Shown here: positions 62,241 through 64,000 of the stretch, piece after piece
How positions within the stretch are numbered: the first letter of the stretch is position 1
How the letters are laid out: each line of letters begins with the position of its first letter
Virus record (IMG/VR): IMGVR_UViG_3300021962_000027
From: a virus
DNA length: 64,000 bases
Strand: one strand, 5' to 3'
Notes under the pieces: generated by a model
Told to the model about the DNA's origin: nothing
Database searches by the model: none
The model's input: the letters and a program-made list of their open reading frames with translations, nothing else
Position numbers and translations under genes: made by a program

Positions 62241-64000
62241 AATAAATAACGCAGATCTTTACGATGGTAACAACCAAATCAAGGTAATTTGGGAAGATAC
62301 TCTAGACAACCACTCAACACATAAAGAAAAACAAGTTGAGAAATATTTTCAAAATAAATATAAGACTAACAAAGTTAAAGTTATATTTAAACCAATATCA
62401 GTTAAAAATAGTGATGTGGTTGCTGAAGGTACGGCAGATGCTTCAGAGGTTATCCTTGACGAGAATTATCAAAAACAATTAATCGAAAGTTATCTAAAAG
62501 ATAATAAGGTTGATATACCTATGGATTATTTGATGAAATTAGATAATTCAGTTAATGTTGAATTAGAGGATTATAAAGATCAGACAAATCGATATAAAAA
62601 ATTCAAAATTAAACAAATACAGTTTTCTAACTTCCTATCTTTTGGTGAAAATAATAAAATTGATTTCACCAATAAACTGGGTATCACATCTGTTATGTCG
62701 AACCCAGCTAACTTTGGTGGTAAAACAACAATGACTGTTGACTTATTACTATTTTTGTTTTTTGGTGTGACATCAAAGACCGATAAGATGGAAGAAGTGT
62801 TTAACCGATTTAGCGATGAGGATACCGTTAGTGTTAAAGGTATGGTTGAAATCGAAGGGGATAATTACATCATCAGTAGAAAGATCAATAGAAAGCAAGG
62901 TAGAAACGGTGAATACACATGTAAAAGTGAATTAGATTTTTACCAAGTGTTACCAAAAGGTGGTGTTAAACAAATGAATGGTGAACAAAGGAAATTTACC
63001 GATGATTTGATTAAAACCTATGTTGGATCTTACGAAGATTTCTTAATTACCATCCTAACAACAGGTGATAACCTAGATGACCTCATCAAGACTAAACCAA
63101 CTGAACGTGGTAGAATCTTAACGAAGTTTATCGGGTTAGAATTCTTCAGAGAAAAAGAAAAAATCGCTAAAAAGAAACACCAGGAATGGAAAGAATCCTC
63201 AAAACTATACCACAATAATAGCCAAGATATTTTAGGTAGGATAGAAACTGAGAGTACTAAGATAAAGGATAACCAAGAATTTATCAAATCACTTGAGGTT
63301 TCACTTAGGGGTAAACAGCAATTGCTTAAAGAATTTGATGAGGAAAGAGATAGGTTAAATAGTATTCGTGTTAATGTTGACACCGAACTTTATAAACTAA
63401 ATGATAAGGATATTTTAGCGGGTATTGAAAAGGTTAAAGACCTCATTAAAACTAAAAATGAGGAAATTGAACAGCTGAAAAAAGATAACCCAAAACCTAA
63501 GGATAAGTTTGACGTTGATGCGTATGCAACAGCTGTATCAACCATACGTGATACTAGAGAAAAAGAGGTTGAATTAAGAATGGAAATCGCTTCAATCGAG
63601 AATACCATTAAAATGCTTGAAGATGGTGAAATTTGTCAGTCTTGTCAAAGACCATTAGAAGGTGTTGACCATAAAAAAGAGATCTCAGAAAACAATAAAA
63701 AGTTAAAAACAAAAAATACGGCACACAAAAAAGTGGTTACGAGTATCGAAGAATTGTCTAAAAAGATAACGGATTACGATACCATTAAAACTCTATGGGA
63801 CACTTATAATAAGGTTGAACTATTGTTAGAAAATAAACAAATGGAGTTGAAAAACTATGAAGGTAGTTTAGAGCGTGGCTTAGAGAAGTTAAAGGCGTAT
63901 GGTCTAGCAAAAGAAGCTTTAGAGAAAAACAAAATTATTGATACCGATTTACAGACTTTAAAGTTTAAAACCCAAAACGAAACGAATGATAAAGATAGTT
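62227..64000 (+). CDS. sbcC: SbcC / Rad50 / gp46-like ATPase, truncated by the window end (absent from the ORF track)
   Basis: Translated by hand from ATG 62227: MTKSKINN...KFKIKQIQFSNFLSFG...SNPANFGGKTT, then a coiled coil and an in-frame Zn hook CQSC at 63634-63645. Confidence 0.9.
   Translation, partial: MTKSKINNADLYDGNNQIKVIWEDTLDNHSTHKEKQVEKYFQNKYKTNKVKVIFKPISVKNSDVVAEGTADASEVILDENYQKQLIESYLKDNKVDIPMDYLMKLDNSVNVELEDYKDQTNRYKKFKIKQIQFSNFLSFGENNKIDFTNKLGITSVMSNPANFGGKTTMTVDLLLFLFFGVTSKTDKMEEVFNRFSDEDTVSVKGMVEIEGDNYIISRKINRKQGRNGEYTCKSELDFYQVLPKGGVKQMNGEQRKFTDDLIKTYVGSYEDFLITILTTGDNLDDLIKTKPTERGRILTKFIGLEFFREKEKIAKKKHQEWKESSKLYHNNSQDILGRIETESTKIKDNQEFIKSLEVSLRGKQQLLKEFDEERDRLNSIRVNVDTELYKLNDKDILAGIEKVKDLIKTKNEEIEQLKKDNPKPKDKFDVDAYATAVSTIRDTREKEVELRMEIASIENTIKMLEDGEICQSCQRPLEGVDHKKEISENNKKLKTKNTAHKKVVTSIEELSKKITDYDTIKTLWDTYNKVELLLENKQMELKNYEGSLERGLEKLKAYGLAKEALEKNKIIDTDLQTLKFKTQNETNDKDS

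Noticed and set aside
393-63608. Numerous short minus-strand and nested plus-strand ORFs in the track
   Set aside because: They lie within or overlap long + strand genes and show no recognisable motifs, so they are treated as shadow ORFs
1-64000. tRNA or rRNA genes and active stop-codon recoding
   Set aside because: Spacers are short with no cloverleaf seen, and ORFs up to 2833 aa are intact under the standard code

Overview
This is a 64-kb, AT-rich segment of a large myovirus-type (contractile-tail) dsDNA phage genome. All credible genes lie on the + strand and use the standard code. The host is most likely Bacteroidota, from TTG-N20-TAnnTTTG promoters and A-rich, SD-less start regions. Late structural blocks alternate with host-promoter-driven replication blocks. 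(1) 1-25736 holds two tandem paralogous tape-measure-like genes, a 2833-aa tube-initiator-like protein with nine ~60-aa repeats and an inserted OmpA-like domain, a LysM/gpX-like protein, a baseplate hub split over two giant genes (ending in M23 and lysozyme-like domains), and small putative head proteins. (2) 25873-34310 holds a gp32-type SSB, RecA/UvsX, a 5'-3' exonuclease, a DnaB-type helicase, nrdB and nrdA. (3) 34425-59269 holds gp25, gp6/J, giant wedge and fibre-attachment proteins, and RuvC. (4) 59302-64000 holds a primase, a PD-(D/E)XK nuclease, SbcD and SbcC (truncated by the window). The most unusual signals are a short [S/T]-G-x-T motif strongly enriched in outer baseplate proteins (candidate virion-modification sequon), the duplicated equal-length tape measures, a TATTTAT(A) late-promoter motif that is the reverse complement of the T4 late promoter, several split or re-partitioned domain architectures, and a four-arm alternative hairpin between ssb and recA. 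All family assignments come from motif recognition by eye and were not confirmed by database search.
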